Of a stretch of DNA of 54,340 bases, positions 30,893-41,242 are shown one piece after another. The translations under genes were made by a program, and so were the position numbers. The DNA lies in assembly GCA_964524025.1 (NCBI GenBank), contig CAZGBT010000005.1, positions 4,554-58,893 on the forward strand, read 5' to 3'. How positions within the stretch are numbered: the first letter of the stretch is position 1; the number at the start of each line of letters is the position of its first letter. The stretch comes from an uncultured archaeon. GTDB lineage: Archaea; Aenigmatarchaeota; Aenigmatarchaeia; CG10238-14; EX4484-224. Below the pieces are notes generated by a model. That model was not told where the DNA came from. It did no database searches and was given only the letters and a program-made list of their open reading frames with translations.

Positions 30893-32152
30893 ATGACGCT
30901 AATAGAACCCGATAGACGGCTAACAGAAGCATATGGAGAAGCTACATCTTGGTTAGAGGAGTTAGGAGGAGAAGTTATTCCAACAGAAACATTCCCTTCT
31001 TCTTGGCTTACAGAGGATTTCTATAAGTTAATATTAAATCGAGATGTATTATCTTTCCTAGGAATACCTTATAAAGTTGCTGAAGAAGTATATTGCGACG
31101 AAGGTAGTGATAGAAGTATATTTTTACCCAAATATAGTTCAAAGATAGGAGTACAAAATCGTAAGGGTGTTGGGTGCAGAAGTGGGATAGGGCTAGCAAC
31201 GGTGGGATACGACGATGGTGATAATAGACCTTATGGAGGGTGTTCTGCCCCGGCTGCTACATATGAACAAACTATATCAGCTTTAGGAGAATGGAAACCT
31301 AACGAACCATATGTCCAATTTCCTCTAACAACTTTCGATAAGGAAGAAATAAAACTTTCTTTAGTACCGGTTGTGGCTACTCAGAAATTGCCTACCGATT
31401 GGAGCGAGAAACTTCTTCCTGAGGGTGAGAAACCGTTTTGGAGAGGATACTCCGACTATCCAGTAGAACTAGGAATTTTGATAAGATGGTTTCCTCCATA
31501 CCCTATTCGTATATACCGTTTAGGAAGGGCGATAGCAAAGACGATTCCGTATAGGAAAAACAAAGATACTCTTCTACGTTATCTTAACCAAAAGGTGTTT
31601 GTGGAAAATTCGATGAGATCTTGTGCAGATTGGTTAGCAGCTATTTTAAAAGTAGTTAAAAGAAGAGGAAGTGAGTACGAAGCACTCCAACTTTACGAGG
31701 TAGATATAGATAAGGATGGTGTAACTTCTCTCCCTCTTCAACCTGAACTTATGTGGGACGGATTGGAGTTCTCTCTACCTGATTACCATCTTGAAATTGC
31801 AAAGAGAGTACAAGGAAAAATAGTCTTTGTCGACTTAGAAGGCTTTATTCCTGGGGATTATACTCTTTCTTACTTCGGCTTGCTTGCAAGGAAGGAGCGA
31901 GAGGTCAAAAAAGTTTTCTTTGCTGTGGCTGATTTAGCAGCTTTTATAAGAAGCGTTTGGGGCAAAGAAGCATGTATAGATGCCATCGACTTATTTTTGG
32001 AATATTTGAGAGGTTATGGTATTAAAATTTGCCGGGAAAGCGCAACGATAGGAGTTGAAGGAAAATACCCTATTAAAGTTAGGTGCATATTTCTACTCTC
32101 TCCACTTTTTCGCTATTCTTTAACTAACATTTTATTTCGTCTCGAATCGTAA
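30893..32152 (+). CDS. Orphan protein, possibly SelO/kinase-like fold
   Basis: GSDRSIFL..RKGVG..RPYGG..TYE..PIRI..FVDLE; 419-aa open frame. Confidence 0.45.
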   Translation: MTLIEPDRRLTEAYGEATSWLEELGGEVIPTETFPSSWLTEDFYKLILNRDVLSFLGIPYKVAEEVYCDEGSDRSIFLPKYSSKIGVQNRKGVGCRSGIGLATVGYDDGDNRPYGGCSAPAATYEQTISALGEWKPNEPYVQFPLTTFDKEEIKLSLVPVVATQKLPTDWSEKLLPEGEKPFWRGYSDYPVELGILIRWFPPYPIRIYRLGRAIAKTIPYRKNKDTLLRYLNQKVFVENSMRSCADWLAAILKVVKRRGSEYEALQLYEVDIDKDGVTSLPLQPELMWDGLEFSLPDYHLEIAKRVQGKIVFVDLEGFIPGDYTLSYFGLLARKEREVKKVFFAVADLAAFIRSVWGKEACIDAIDLFLEYLRGYGIKICRESATIGVEGKYPIKVRCIFLLSPLFRYSLTNILFRLES

Positions 32153-32253
32153 AAACCTACAAATTTTCGCGTAGCATAAAACTACGTAACATCCTTACCG
32201 CAATTTAGAAAGACAAAAACGATGAGCAGAAAATTCTAAAACTAGGAAGCACT

Positions 32254-32691
32254 TCAAAAACTTTTGGACATCAATTCTTTTGGCAATTTTCCATCCACAG
32301 TTAAAGGCATTGAACTTAGAGCTCCTAGAATTTCTTTTATTCTAGCTTTTTTATCCTTAGCTAAACTTTCGTATTTTTTAATCTCAGCAAGCCATTCCAC
32401 AAAACTAAAAGGCAGATCTCCAACTATAGTTTGTCCTTCTGGCGGTTTCAGTTTATCTACTCCTAATTTTTGCTTAACCAGTTCAGCTATGGGTGGCGTC
32501 TCTACTTCTATATAAAAACTTCCATCGTCTTCTACAAAAATTTTCAGCTCAAAATCCACATCTTTTAAATCTTCTGCTATTTTTTTGGCTTCTTCCTTAA
32601 TTTTTTCCAAATTTCCTAAACCTTTTAATTCTTCATCTAACGCTTTCTCGTCAAACTTTCCCTTTTTCACGCTTAATTTTATAACTCTCAT
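32254..32691 (-). CDS. rpl11: Ribosomal protein L11 (uL11), divergent N-terminal domain
   Basis: IEVETPPIAELV, VGDL, KEILGALSSMPLTVDG; follows spt5. Confidence 0.88.
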   Translation of the reverse strand: MRVIKLSVKKGKFDEKALDEELKGLGNLEKIKEEAKKIAEDLKDVDFELKIFVEDDGSFYIEVETPPIAELVKQKLGVDKLKPPEGQTIVGDLPFSFVEWLAEIKKYESLAKDKKARIKEILGALSSMPLTVDGKLPKELMSKSF

Positions 32692-33131
32692 CCTTCCTCC
32701 ACTTTCTTTACTAATCTTACTAGATCAGCCGAAATCGTTACAGGAATAGGAACTGAAACTTCTAGCAACTCGATGGTAACCTCTCTTTTAGTTTTATCAA
32801 ACCTTTTGATCTTGCCTTTTTCTCCTTTAAACGGACCTCCTACAACTTCTACTATGTCACCAACGTTAAACTCAATCTCAACTTCTCTAGGCTTTAAAAA
32901 TCTGCTTATTTCTTTTAATTCTATAGGTTTTCTTATTATACCTCTAGCATGCGGTATATCTCTAATTGCCTTTTCTATATCACTAAGTTCTCCTTCAACC
33001 AAAATATAACCCTTGAGTTCCTCTGGATGCACTAAAGCTTTTATATCCAAACCTTGAACTTTTGCTTTCGCGGCCAAAGCCTCTAAAACTACCTTTTCTC
33101 TCCCAACTATTGTTTTTACGCTGTATATCAT
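32688..33131 (-). CDS. spt5: Transcription elongation factor Spt5
   Basis: LKGYILVE and KOW motif GDIVEVVGGPFKGE. Confidence 0.96.
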   Translation of the reverse strand: MIYSVKTIVGREKVVLEALAAKAKVQGLDIKALVHPEELKGYILVEGELSDIEKAIRDIPHARGIIRKPIELKEISRFLKPREVEIEFNVGDIVEVVGGPFKGEKGKIKRFDKTKREVTIELLEVSVPIPVTISADLVRLVKKVEEG

Positions 33132-33132
33132 A

Positions 33133-33312
33133 CTAACCTATAAAAAGAGTTGAAAAGATATAAATTAAAAAACCTAAAAAGCCAAGCAAGAGCAATCCTA
33201 TGGCACAGACTTTAACCATAAATTTATAATCTTCTAAACTAGGCTTTTTAGCAACTCTCAAGACGGCTAAATACTCTTTTACACTTTTTCTTGCTCTTTC
33301 AAAAACTCCCAT
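33133..33312 (-). CDS. secE: Protein translocase SecE/Sec61-gamma
   Basis: Manual translation MGVFERARKSVKEYLAVLRVAKKPSLEDY + TM helix; ftsZ-secE-spt5 synteny. Confidence 0.92.
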   Translation of the reverse strand: MGVFERARKSVKEYLAVLRVAKKPSLEDYKFMVKVCAIGLLLLGFLGFLIYIFSTLFIG

Positions 33313-33317
33313 AAAAT

Positions 33318-35525
33318 TTACTTAATGAATTCTAGTCCTAAAATCCTTTCTATTTCTTTTTTCTGTTCTTCAGTCCATTTTTTCTCTTTTCCAAAAATTT
33401 GTGGAGATTTTACACCAGTAACAACAACCAAAGTTCTTACAGTTTCTCCCAGCGATTTATCGATTTGAGCTCCCCATATTATTTTTGCATCAGGTGCTAG
33501 TCTGCTAGAAATGGTTTCTACTATTTGTTGGGCTTCTCTTATAGTTAAGTCAGGTCCTCCAGTTATATTTATAAGAGCTCCTCTTCCATTAGTTATATCA
33601 ACCGAGAGAAGAGGATTATTTAAGGCCTTTTGGACAGATTCAAAAGCCCTATTTTCGCTGTCGCTCTCTCCCATTCCAATCATAGCTAAACCACCTTCAT
33701 TCATAACAGCTCTTACATCTGCGAAATCCAGGTTTACAAGACCTGGTTTTGTAACCATTTCAGCAATACCTTTGACAGCATTTACCAAAATTTCATCGGC
33801 AATTTTGAATGCAGTTAAAAGAGAAACGTCAGGAACTATTTCCAACAGCTTATCATTAGGTATAACTATCAAAGTATCAACTGCGTCTTCCAACAATTCT
33901 AAACCCCATCTCGCATTTTCCATTCTTTTCTTACCTTCCATGGAAAAAGGCAAAGTAACGATGGCTACTGTTAAAGCTCCTAACTTTTTAGCAACTTCAG
34001 CTATGACGGGTAAACTTCCTGTCCCAGTATTGTGAACAACGAATCCTTCTGCAATAAAATTATGGCTTCCTTCTACGATTATGTCGTAGACTTCTTTTTT
34101 ACCTATATATTTTACGGATTTAATCCTAGCAAAACCGAAATACTTGAAGAATTCGGCATTTGTTGGGCCCCTATATCCATAAAGGAATCCTAGTCCTCTT
34201 CTCTTTGCTTTTTTGTTTAGATTCTCATCGAGCTGGTAAACTCTGTAAATCCTGAGTGACCACGTGTCGAAGAACCTGGCCTTTTTTGAATTTGGTGGTT
34301 TAATTTTTCTTCTCCTATGCAAAACGTTTCCTGTTCTTAAACCTATACTATCACAAAGCACTTTTAGCTGCCTTATTAATTTCTCACTAGCCATTTCAAA
34401 CCTAAGCTCTACTTTCTCCTTATTTCCCTTCTTAACTCTATAATAACTTCCATCAGCATCAGCCAAACCTAGGATAAATGCTTTTTTCTGGGATTCGGGT
34501 AAACTAAAAACCCAAGTTGGTATTTCTTTTTCTCTTGCTTTCTTATCAAGTCCTAACCTCTCTAATAATTCATAGGCTCTTTTAGAATTGGCATAGAACC
34601 AATTTTTCGATCTTTTAACTTTGACTTTTAGCTTTTTCTCAAGAAGCTTCCTGTAGTACTCATTTTTCTTTTCATCTTGCGATGGTGAGAAAAATACCTT
34701 CCAGCTCTTTTTCGATTTACTAATCCAACCGTCACCTAAAAGAAAGCCAAATAGCCTACAAAATTCTTCATCTGTAAAGCTTCCGTCAGGTAACTTATAA
34801 GGTCTTCCCTCGTCTGGAACCTTCCTTAATATAACAACTAAATCTCCTTCTTTTAGATCTCTAGCCTCTACCCATTCTAATGCAAATTTAGAGAAACGAC
34901 CGTTACTTAAATTGTTAAGTTTAACCACTTTTAAGAATGGATGATCAAAAGATGCGTATAGCGTTCTGTTATTAGTTTTTACTTCGTAAACAGGTTTTAT
35001 TCCAGTTTTCACAGAAGCGAGAACTCTCTTCTTAATCAGTCTGCCATCATTATCTATACAATACACCATACTACCAGGTTTTATCGAATCTATCCTTACA
35101 GGACCCTCAGGATTCGTTAAAATTAATGAATCTCCGACAAGGCATCCTCCGCCGAGGCCTGCAGTTAAAAATACCATATCAGCCCCTTGTAATGCTTTCT
35201 TTATTTCTTCCTTACTTTCCTTGGCAGCCTCCATTCCTAGTTGAGGGTCTGCACCAGCACCTAAACCTCCGGTCAACTCTCTTCCTATAAGGATTTTTTT
35301 ATCTGCATCTGTGTACAGCAAATCTTGGGCGTCTGTGTTGATGGCAATAGTTTCTGCACCAACTATACCAACTTGCATTAATCTAGTAATTGTATTATTG
35401 CCAGCACCCCCTGCGCCTACAACTTTTATCTGAGTTTTCCTTCTTTCAAGAATTTCTCTTAATTCTTCATCTATATCCTTAGTTTTTGATTCAAAAGTGC
35501 TGCTTACAAGGTGCTTTATTCCCAT
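33318..35525 (-). CDS. ftsZ: Cell division protein FtsZ (FtsZ1-type context), intein-containing
   Basis: [18 protein letters not shown]|intein|TGTG, NLDFADV. Confidence 0.96.
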   Translation of the reverse strand: MGIKHLVSSTFESKTKDIDEELREILERRKTQIKVVGAGGAGNNTITRLMQVGIVGAETIAINTDAQDLLYTDADKKILIGRELTGGLGAGADPQLGMEAAKESKEEIKKALQGADMVFLTAGLGGGCLVGDSLILTNPEGPVRIDSIKPGSMVYCIDNDGRLIKKRVLASVKTGIKPVYEVKTNNRTLYASFDHPFLKVVKLNNLSNGRFSKFALEWVEARDLKEGDLVVILRKVPDEGRPYKLPDGSFTDEEFCRLFGFLLGDGWISKSKKSWKVFFSPSQDEKKNEYYRKLLEKKLKVKVKRSKNWFYANSKRAYELLERLGLDKKAREKEIPTWVFSLPESQKKAFILGLADADGSYYRVKKGNKEKVELRFEMASEKLIRQLKVLCDSIGLRTGNVLHRRRKIKPPNSKKARFFDTWSLRIYRVYQLDENLNKKAKRRGLGFLYGYRGPTNAEFFKYFGFARIKSVKYIGKKEVYDIIVEGSHNFIAEGFVVHNTGTGSLPVIAEVAKKLGALTVAIVTLPFSMEGKKRMENARWGLELLEDAVDTLIVIPNDKLLEIVPDVSLLTAFKIADEILVNAVKGIAEMVTKPGLVNLDFADVRAVMNEGGLAMIGMGESDSENRAFESVQKALNNPLLSVDITNGRGALINITGGPDLTIREAQQIVETISSRLAPDAKIIWGAQIDKSLGETVRTLVVVTGVKSPQIFGKEKKWTEEQKKEIERILGLEFIK
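34029..35144 (-). mobile_element. 372-aa intein with LAGLIDADG endonuclease in the FtsZ signature motif
   Basis: GGG|CLVGDS...ASFDHPF...GFLLGDG...GLADADG...[20 protein letters not shown]|TGTG. Confidence 0.95.
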
Positions 35526-35562
35526 CTATTAATTATTAGCTACCAGAAGATAAAAGCGAAAA

Positions 35563-35717
35563 TGCAGGGGGTGGGATTTGAACCCACGAAGGCTCTACGC
35601 CACAGGGTCTCTCATCCAGCTCGTCGAAGCTTAAGATTTAGCCGAGCTGGCATCTTAAGCCTCGCAAGGCGCATGGAGCGCCTTCCTGCGCCTTTGACCA
35701 GGCTCGGCCACCCCTGC
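35563..35717 (-). tRNA. tRNA-Leu(TAA) with two introns (30/31: 35661-35684; 37/38: 35609-35653)
   Basis: Removing both introns restores CAGGG-CT-TAA-GA-CCCTG with a long variable arm; both junctions form BHB motifs. Confidence 0.9.
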
Positions 35718-35751
35718 CTAAAAAATGTTGAGAAAAGCAAGTTTAAAAATT

Positions 35752-36531
35752 TTAAACCTTATCCACCTTTTCCCTTAGTTCCACTACTTTTTCCTTAAGA
35801 GTTTTTATAGCAAGTTTAATCAAATCAACCACGTTAAGACCGCATGCGCTTTCAACATAGAAAATAAATGTATCTTCTACTGGTGTAACAGAAATTGCGC
35901 CGTCTGTTAATTCAACACATTTATTGCATAAGTTACAACTTAACTCATCCACTACTTTCAACTTTCCGTTCTCTATTTTAAACACATTTTTAGGGCACCA
36001 TCTAACAACTTCTTCTGGATTTTTAACATCGCCCACCTTTATTTTGGCAAGGTTCCTATAACCAACTATCCCACCCTGCCATCTTGCATGATCCTTTCCA
36101 AAACCTAGCTTAGCTGTAGCCACTAGTTCTATTTCTTCATCGTTAAATAATTCTACAATTGGTATTTTATCAAAGACTGGTCTAACATCTTTGGCTGTTG
36201 ACTTCAAATCTCCTGAATAAACCATCGCAGGTCCTTTCTTCTTCAACAAGAGTTTGACTTGACATCTTGCACATCCCTTACCTTTACAACTGCATTTTTC
36301 TGGTAAATTGTAGAAATATGGATCAAAAGTTAGAGGAACTAAGCCCAAGCGGTGGGCAATAATCTCATCTGGCAGAACCGAATCGTTCTTTTTTACTTCT
36401 ATTTCATAAATAGCCATCGTAGGAACTTCTGATAATATAGTTCTCCTTAAAGCAGAAGCAAAAGCATGTGTTATACCTTTAACTATAAACCTTATCTCTC
36501 TCTCGCTCAACTCTAGTATTTTAATTTCCAT
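35752..36531 (-). CDS. rpoD: RNA polymerase subunit D (Rpo3)
   Basis: ALRRTILSEVPTMAI, IAHRLGLVPL, G.GKDHARW, ferredoxin-like Cys region. Confidence 0.96.
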   Translation of the reverse strand: MEIKILELSEREIRFIVKGITHAFASALRRTILSEVPTMAIYEIEVKKNDSVLPDEIIAHRLGLVPLTFDPYFYNLPEKCSCKGKGCARCQVKLLLKKKGPAMVYSGDLKSTAKDVRPVFDKIPIVELFNDEEIELVATAKLGFGKDHARWQGGIVGYRNLAKIKVGDVKNPEEVVRWCPKNVFKIENGKLKVVDELSCNLCNKCVELTDGAISVTPVEDTFIFYVESACGLNVVDLIKLAIKTLKEKVVELREKVDKV

Positions 36532-36557
36532 TTAAATCACATTACAATTAGATCTAC

Positions 36558-38096
36558 TTATTTTTTAGCTTTAGCTAGCATTAAGTTAGGTCCTAAAGCT
36601 TTAAGAAGTTTAAGTAAAACTATAGATCCTACTCTAAACTTACCTTTAGCTATTACGTTGGGCCCTCTTTTTAAAGGATATGCAAAATACCTATTTTTCT
36701 TAATCTTTTGGGCTATGATATATGGCAACTTGCAACCTACCAATTTTTTCTTGAGCTGAAAGTTTATTTCATTTACAAACTCTATCAGCAATTTATTCAA
36801 TTTTTCTTTAGGATTTCCAGCTCTAAAGTTTTCGAATGCAGTTCCTTTTAAGGGTAAAAATTTATAAATATGAATTTTTTCTGCCCCAGCTTCTACGCAT
36901 TTTTTAATCATAGAAATTGTTTGGAAAACAGTTTCCCTACTCTGAAATGGAAGACCATAGATAAAGTAAACACCACAAAAAATGCCATTCTTTCTTAGCA
37001 ATTTTATGGCTTTTAAAACATCTTTTGGACCAAAAGGTCTTCCTATTTTTTTGCAATGCTTTTCACTTCCAGTCTCACAACCTAAGTTTAAAGATGTACC
37101 CCTTAAATAGGATCCCAAAAGATCGGCTACATCTTCCGTTAGAAGATTTGCTTTTATGTTCTCTACATTTATAGAAGCTTTTCTATCCTTTACTTCTTTT
37201 AACTTAAAAAGTGAAGAAAGCAACTTTTTTATAGCTTTTAAATTAGCTGGTGGTTCTTTGGGGTTTGTTAGCGGAGTAGCTAGTTGCTCTCTTCCATAAT
37301 CAAGAAAATCTGGAGCTTCTAAGAATATTCTCCTAACACCAATTTTTATTAACTCCTTTACCTCCTCAACTATGTAACTAGCTGGTAAAGACCTAGCTGG
37401 ACCAAAGAATGAAGGTACAGAACAATAACCACAACCCGGTGGAATGCCAACTGGACAAAAAAGTCTCTTCTTTAAATCCTCGCTCTCGCAATTTCCACAT
37501 TTTATGCAATTTCCAATTTTTGGACGTAAAAAATTGCTACATCCTCTAACAACTTCAACATAAACCTTAGATGCAAAATAAAGTGGGTACTTTCTAACAA
37601 CTTGATTATAATTATTTATTTCTATTATTTCCTTAACCTTACAAAACCTTCTCTCAGAAAAGAAGATTCTGCTGTCTTTTTTAAAAACCAAATTTGGTAC
37701 ATCTCTGAGCTTATGCATGTCAAAATTAATTCTAAATAACTGCTGAAGTGCTATCTCTCCTTCTCCTATAATAGCAAAGTCAAAACCATTTCTAAAGCAA
37801 ACATTAAAATCTGTCGCTATAGGACCTCCAATAATCTTATAACCAGCTGAATACTTTGACCAAATCTTTGATACCGCTCTAACGTTATTTAAATCAATTC
37901 TCATTCCACTTACTAAAAGCAAGTTAAATTTCCTGCACTCTTTTCTTTTTCTTTTGAACTCATAGAAATGCATAAACTCAAAATCGACACCAATTTTCTC
38001 CAGGATACCACAAACTCTCCTGGGTGCTATTGGTATTGCCTCTCTCCAGCTCTCTTTCTTTCTTGTGTTCAAGCAATCTACGAAAAGAGCTTTCAT
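36558..38096 (-). CDS. B12-binding-domain radical SAM protein with TRAM-like C-terminus
   Basis: IIGGP..GEGE, EVVRGC..(insert)..GCGYC, LGCETGS, YFIYGLP. Confidence 0.82.
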   Translation of the reverse strand: MKALFVDCLNTRKKESWREAIPIAPRRVCGILEKIGVDFEFMHFYEFKRKRKECRKFNLLLVSGMRIDLNNVRAVSKIWSKYSAGYKIIGGPIATDFNVCFRNGFDFAIIGEGEIALQQLFRINFDMHKLRDVPNLVFKKDSRIFFSERRFCKVKEIIEINNYNQVVRKYPLYFASKVYVEVVRGCSNFLRPKIGNCIKCGNCESEDLKKRLFCPVGIPPGCGYCSVPSFFGPARSLPASYIVEEVKELIKIGVRRIFLEAPDFLDYGREQLATPLTNPKEPPANLKAIKKLLSSLFKLKEVKDRKASINVENIKANLLTEDVADLLGSYLRGTSLNLGCETGSEKHCKKIGRPFGPKDVLKAIKLLRKNGIFCGVYFIYGLPFQSRETVFQTISMIKKCVEAGAEKIHIYKFLPLKGTAFENFRAGNPKEKLNKLLIEFVNEINFQLKKKLVGCKLPYIIAQKIKKNRYFAYPLKRGPNVIAKGKFRVGSIVLLKLLKALGPNLMLAKAKK

Positions 38097-38145
38097 AATT
38101 TTTGAAAGAGCTACGAATTTAACTTTTTAATTTAAAATTAAGCTG

Positions 38146-38304
38146 ATGAAAAGAGAGCCTTACCAAGGAATAAAAATCACAATAACAAAGAAAGGTTGGG
38201 AAGCTTTGGAATATGTAAAAATTGCTCGGGAAATTGTTAAAATATTTCCTCTTTTATCCTTATTAGATGAAGTTGGTTATAAAAAATGTAAAGAAAAAAT
38301 TTAA
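38146..38304 (+). CDS. Possible 52-aa protein or wHTH remnant
   Basis: [22 protein letters not shown]...; fills the gap; ITxKG resembles a wHTH wing end. Confidence 0.35.
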   Translation: MKREPYQGIKITITKKGWEALEYVKIAREIVKIFPLLSLLDEVGYKKCKEKI

Positions 38305-38690
38305 ACTCTTCTTCCCCTCCTTCCTCCTTTAGGTCTCATATAGCCGTGCGGTATTGGTGTAACATCTTCTATCATTAGAATTTTAAGGCCAGCTTTTGCT
38401 AGAGCTCTTATAGCGGGTTGAGCTCCTAATCCTGGAAATTTAGACTTAGCACCTCCAGGGCCTCTCACTCTTACGTAAACAGCCGTTATACCTTTAGCCA
38501 AAGCTTCTTCTGCAGCTTTTTTCGCTGCTAGCATAGCTGGAAACGGCATACCACCCTCTCTATCTTTATCTGTCATCATTCCAGCTGAATATCTAGCGAT
38601 AGTTTCGCTTCCAGTTATATCAGTTATGTGAACTATTGTGTTATTTTTTGTGGAAAGTATATGAGCTATGCCTATTCTTTCCTTAGGCAT
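38301..38690 (-). CDS. rps11: Ribosomal protein S11
   Basis: [26 protein letters not shown]. Confidence 0.97.
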   Translation of the reverse strand: MPKERIGIAHILSTKNNTIVHITDITGSETIARYSAGMMTDKDREGGMPFPAMLAAKKAAEEALAKGITAVYVRVRGPGGAKSKFPGLGAQPAIRALAKAGLKILMIEDVTPIPHGYMRPKGGRRGRRV

Positions 38691-39154
38691 TATTTCACCT
38701 TAATCCTTACCTCTATTTTATCTTCTTCGTTTCTAGGTACCAAATAACTTGGCCATATAACCTTTCTACCATTGATAAAAACATGACCATGGACTATAAA
38801 CTGTCTTGCTTGCTTTATAGTATTAGCCAAACCTTTTCTATAAATTACTGTCTGCAACCTTCTTTCCAAAATATCTTCTACAGTTAAGCTTAACACATCA
38901 TCGAGAGTTGCGTTTGGTGATTGTAAAATTCCAAGCCTATAAAGTTTGTTTATAAGCATCTTCTCCATCTTTTCGTTCCTCCTAGCATTAAGCTCTCTAG
39001 CCATTCTTCTGTATTTTCTTAAAATAGCTTCAGCCCTCCAAATTTCCCTCTTTCTCCTTAACCCATATTCTTTCATCAATTGCTTCTCCCTTTCTATCCT
39101 TGCCTTATCCCATCTTTTAAAAGGTTTCTCGTATTTCTTTCTTAATCTTCTCAT
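38690..39154 (-). CDS. rps4: Ribosomal protein S4
   Basis: [26 protein letters not shown]. Confidence 0.97.
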   Translation of the reverse strand: MRRLRKKYEKPFKRWDKARIEREKQLMKEYGLRRKREIWRAEAILRKYRRMARELNARRNEKMEKMLINKLYRLGILQSPNATLDDVLSLTVEDILERRLQTVIYRKGLANTIKQARQFIVHGHVFINGRKVIWPSYLVPRNEEDKIEVRIKVK

Positions 39155-39714
39155 TACTTGCCTCCTTTCTGTGCTTTCTTTCTAACAACACCAACTGTCC
39201 TACCTTTCCTAAAATGGCTTCTAGTTTTCTGTCCTCTTACAGGCAATCCCAACTTATGCCTCCACCCTCTGTAAGTTCCTAGCTCGATTTCTCGCTGAAT
39301 ATCCAAATTCATCCTTATTTTAACGTCCTCTCCAGTTAAGTGTATATTTTCTCCTGTTTCTGGATCTCTTCTCCTATTGAAAAGAAAAGGTGGTATTCCG
39401 TATTTTCCTGGATTCCTTATTATATCTTCTAATTTTTTCAAATCTTCTTCGCTAAGTTCCTTTAACCTTACGTTAGGGTCGAAACCTCCAGCCACACAAA
39501 TTGCTTTACTCATAGCAAAACTAATCCCTTTTATTCCTAACAAAGCCCATCTTAATCTTTTATTTCCGTCTAGATCTGCATCGGCTAATCTAATTATGAC
39601 TTTCTTCTTCTCCTTAACCAAAAGCTTCTTTAATTTTTCCTTTTCTTCCCTCTCTTTTTTAAGCTCTTCTTTCAGCTTTTCTTTGTATTCATCCTTTACT
39701 CTTGATATTCCCAT
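39154..39714 (-). CDS. rps13: Ribosomal protein S13 with Lys/Glu-rich N-terminal extension
   Basis: [25 protein letters not shown]. Confidence 0.96.
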   Translation of the reverse strand: MGISRVKDEYKEKLKEELKKEREEKEKLKKLLVKEKKKVIIRLADADLDGNKRLRWALLGIKGISFAMSKAICVAGGFDPNVRLKELSEEDLKKLEDIIRNPGKYGIPPFLFNRRRDPETGENIHLTGEDVKIRMNLDIQREIELGTYRGWRHKLGLPVRGQKTRSHFRKGRTVGVVRKKAQKGGK

Positions 39715-39749
39715 GGTATTTCAAGTTTAGGTTAAGAAATTTAAATTTC

Positions 39750-40271
39750 TTAACCAATTAACTTCTGTATTTCGTCCAGCGTTATTATAGTGTTACAAAA
39801 TGGACATCTTAAATAAATCTCCTTTTCATATTCGATTACCTCGAACTCACGATGAACATGCACCCCAAAATGTTTTTGCTCTCTTACGTCGTTAGTAATG
39901 CAATTAGGATGGGGGCATTTTAAGAAATATGTAGAAAAGCTCTTCGGGAGTTGTGGTTTGTATTTCTTAACTACTTCGTAATTCTTAATGATATTGACAG
40001 TAGGCGGATCATGAGGTCGCAGTAAAGCTATAACAACTTCTACATCTGGAGGTAGTTCTGTTAAACCTTCGGATTTTAAAATGTCCTTCTTTATGTATTG
40101 TGTGCTATCCGTATTTATAAGTAAGACTATTCTCTTCGAATAAAGGTCAAAACCACTATTTTCACTATATTTCTGTAAAGCTGCCAATACTATCATACCA
40201 CGACCAGGAGGTAGGTGATCTATCACTATTCCATCCTTTATCTTGCTTACTATCAGTCTTCTATTATCCAT
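39750..40271 (-). CDS. pyrI: Aspartate carbamoyltransferase regulatory subunit
   Basis: IKDGIVIDHL, KKDILK, CPHPNCITN, RCPFC. Confidence 0.93.
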   Translation of the reverse strand: MDNRRLIVSKIKDGIVIDHLPPGRGMIVLAALQKYSENSGFDLYSKRIVLLINTDSTQYIKKDILKSEGLTELPPDVEVVIALLRPHDPPTVNIIKNYEVVKKYKPQLPKSFSTYFLKCPHPNCITNDVREQKHFGVHVHREFEVIEYEKEIYLRCPFCNTIITLDEIQKLIG

Positions 40272-41205
40272 AATTCTCCTCCACTAGCCACTCTATTAAC
40301 CCAATCCTTACCCAATATCCGTTTTCTGCCTGTTTCCAATATGCCGCATAAGGAGTTTGGTCGATTCTAAGGTCTATTTCGTCAATCCTTGGTAGTGGAT
40401 GAAGAATTATTAAATTGTCTTTTGCTCCATCCAGCGATTCCAAAGTTAATCTATAACTTCCCTTAACCCTTTCGTATTCAAGCGGATCTGAAAATCTCTC
40501 TTTCTGAATTCTGGTTACATACAAAACATCCATTTCTTTGATAATTTCCTTCCATTCTGTAATTGAAGCATACCTGTAACTTACTCCTGCCATTTTTAAT
40601 CTCAACTCATAATAAAAAGGTAAACGAAGCGTCTCAGGACAAATTAAAATTATCTCGTTAATGTCGTAATTCAATAAGGCCAGGAGATTAGAATGATAAA
40701 CCCTGCTGTTACGAAGGTCTCCCATAAAGCCAACAATTAAGCCATCAATTTTTCCATGAAGTTCCTTTATAGTATACAAATCTAACAAGGCTTGGGTAGG
40801 ATGTTCGTTGGCACCATCACCAGCGTTAATTATACAAGCTTCATCTCCTACTAGTTTCATAAAGTACCTAGCAACTCCTCTTTCTTTAGATCTAACTACG
40901 ATAAAGTTGCAACCATAACTTTTTACGTAAAGCATTACTGTATCCCCTTTACTTTCCCCCTTTTCTATAGAAGTTCCAGCAGACGAGGCAAAACCCATCG
41001 TTTCTATTCCTAGCTCTTTAAAAGCGTTCTCAAAGCTCTGACGAGTTCTTGTAGAAGGTTCAAAAAATAATAAACCAGCTTTCAAACCTAACTCATCGTA
41101 CTTTCTAATATGTCCATTTTTAGCATCATCCGTAAGCCCAAAAACTTCTTCTATTTCCTCTCTACTAAGATCTTCTATACTGACTAAATGCCTCAAAAGA
41201 CCCAC
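40264..41205 (-). CDS. pyrB: Aspartate carbamoyltransferase catalytic subunit
   Basis: FFEPSTRT, NAGDG.NEHPTQ, RIQKERF, HPLPR. Confidence 0.96.
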   Translation of the reverse strand: MGLLRHLVSIEDLSREEIEEVFGLTDDAKNGHIRKYDELGLKAGLLFFEPSTRTRQSFENAFKELGIETMGFASSAGTSIEKGESKGDTVMLYVKSYGCNFIVVRSKERGVARYFMKLVGDEACIINAGDGANEHPTQALLDLYTIKELHGKIDGLIVGFMGDLRNSRVYHSNLLALLNYDINEIILICPETLRLPFYYELRLKMAGVSYRYASITEWKEIIKEMDVLYVTRIQKERFSDPLEYERVKGSYRLTLESLDGAKDNLIILHPLPRIDEIDLRIDQTPYAAYWKQAENGYWVRIGLIEWLVEENYG

Positions 41206-41242
41206 CTAAAATTAGGAAGATTAGAATTTTAAAGTTAACGAG

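Noticed and set aside
35511-35798. 95-aa ORF on the + strand
   Set aside because: Antisense shadow of the intron-containing tRNA-Leu.
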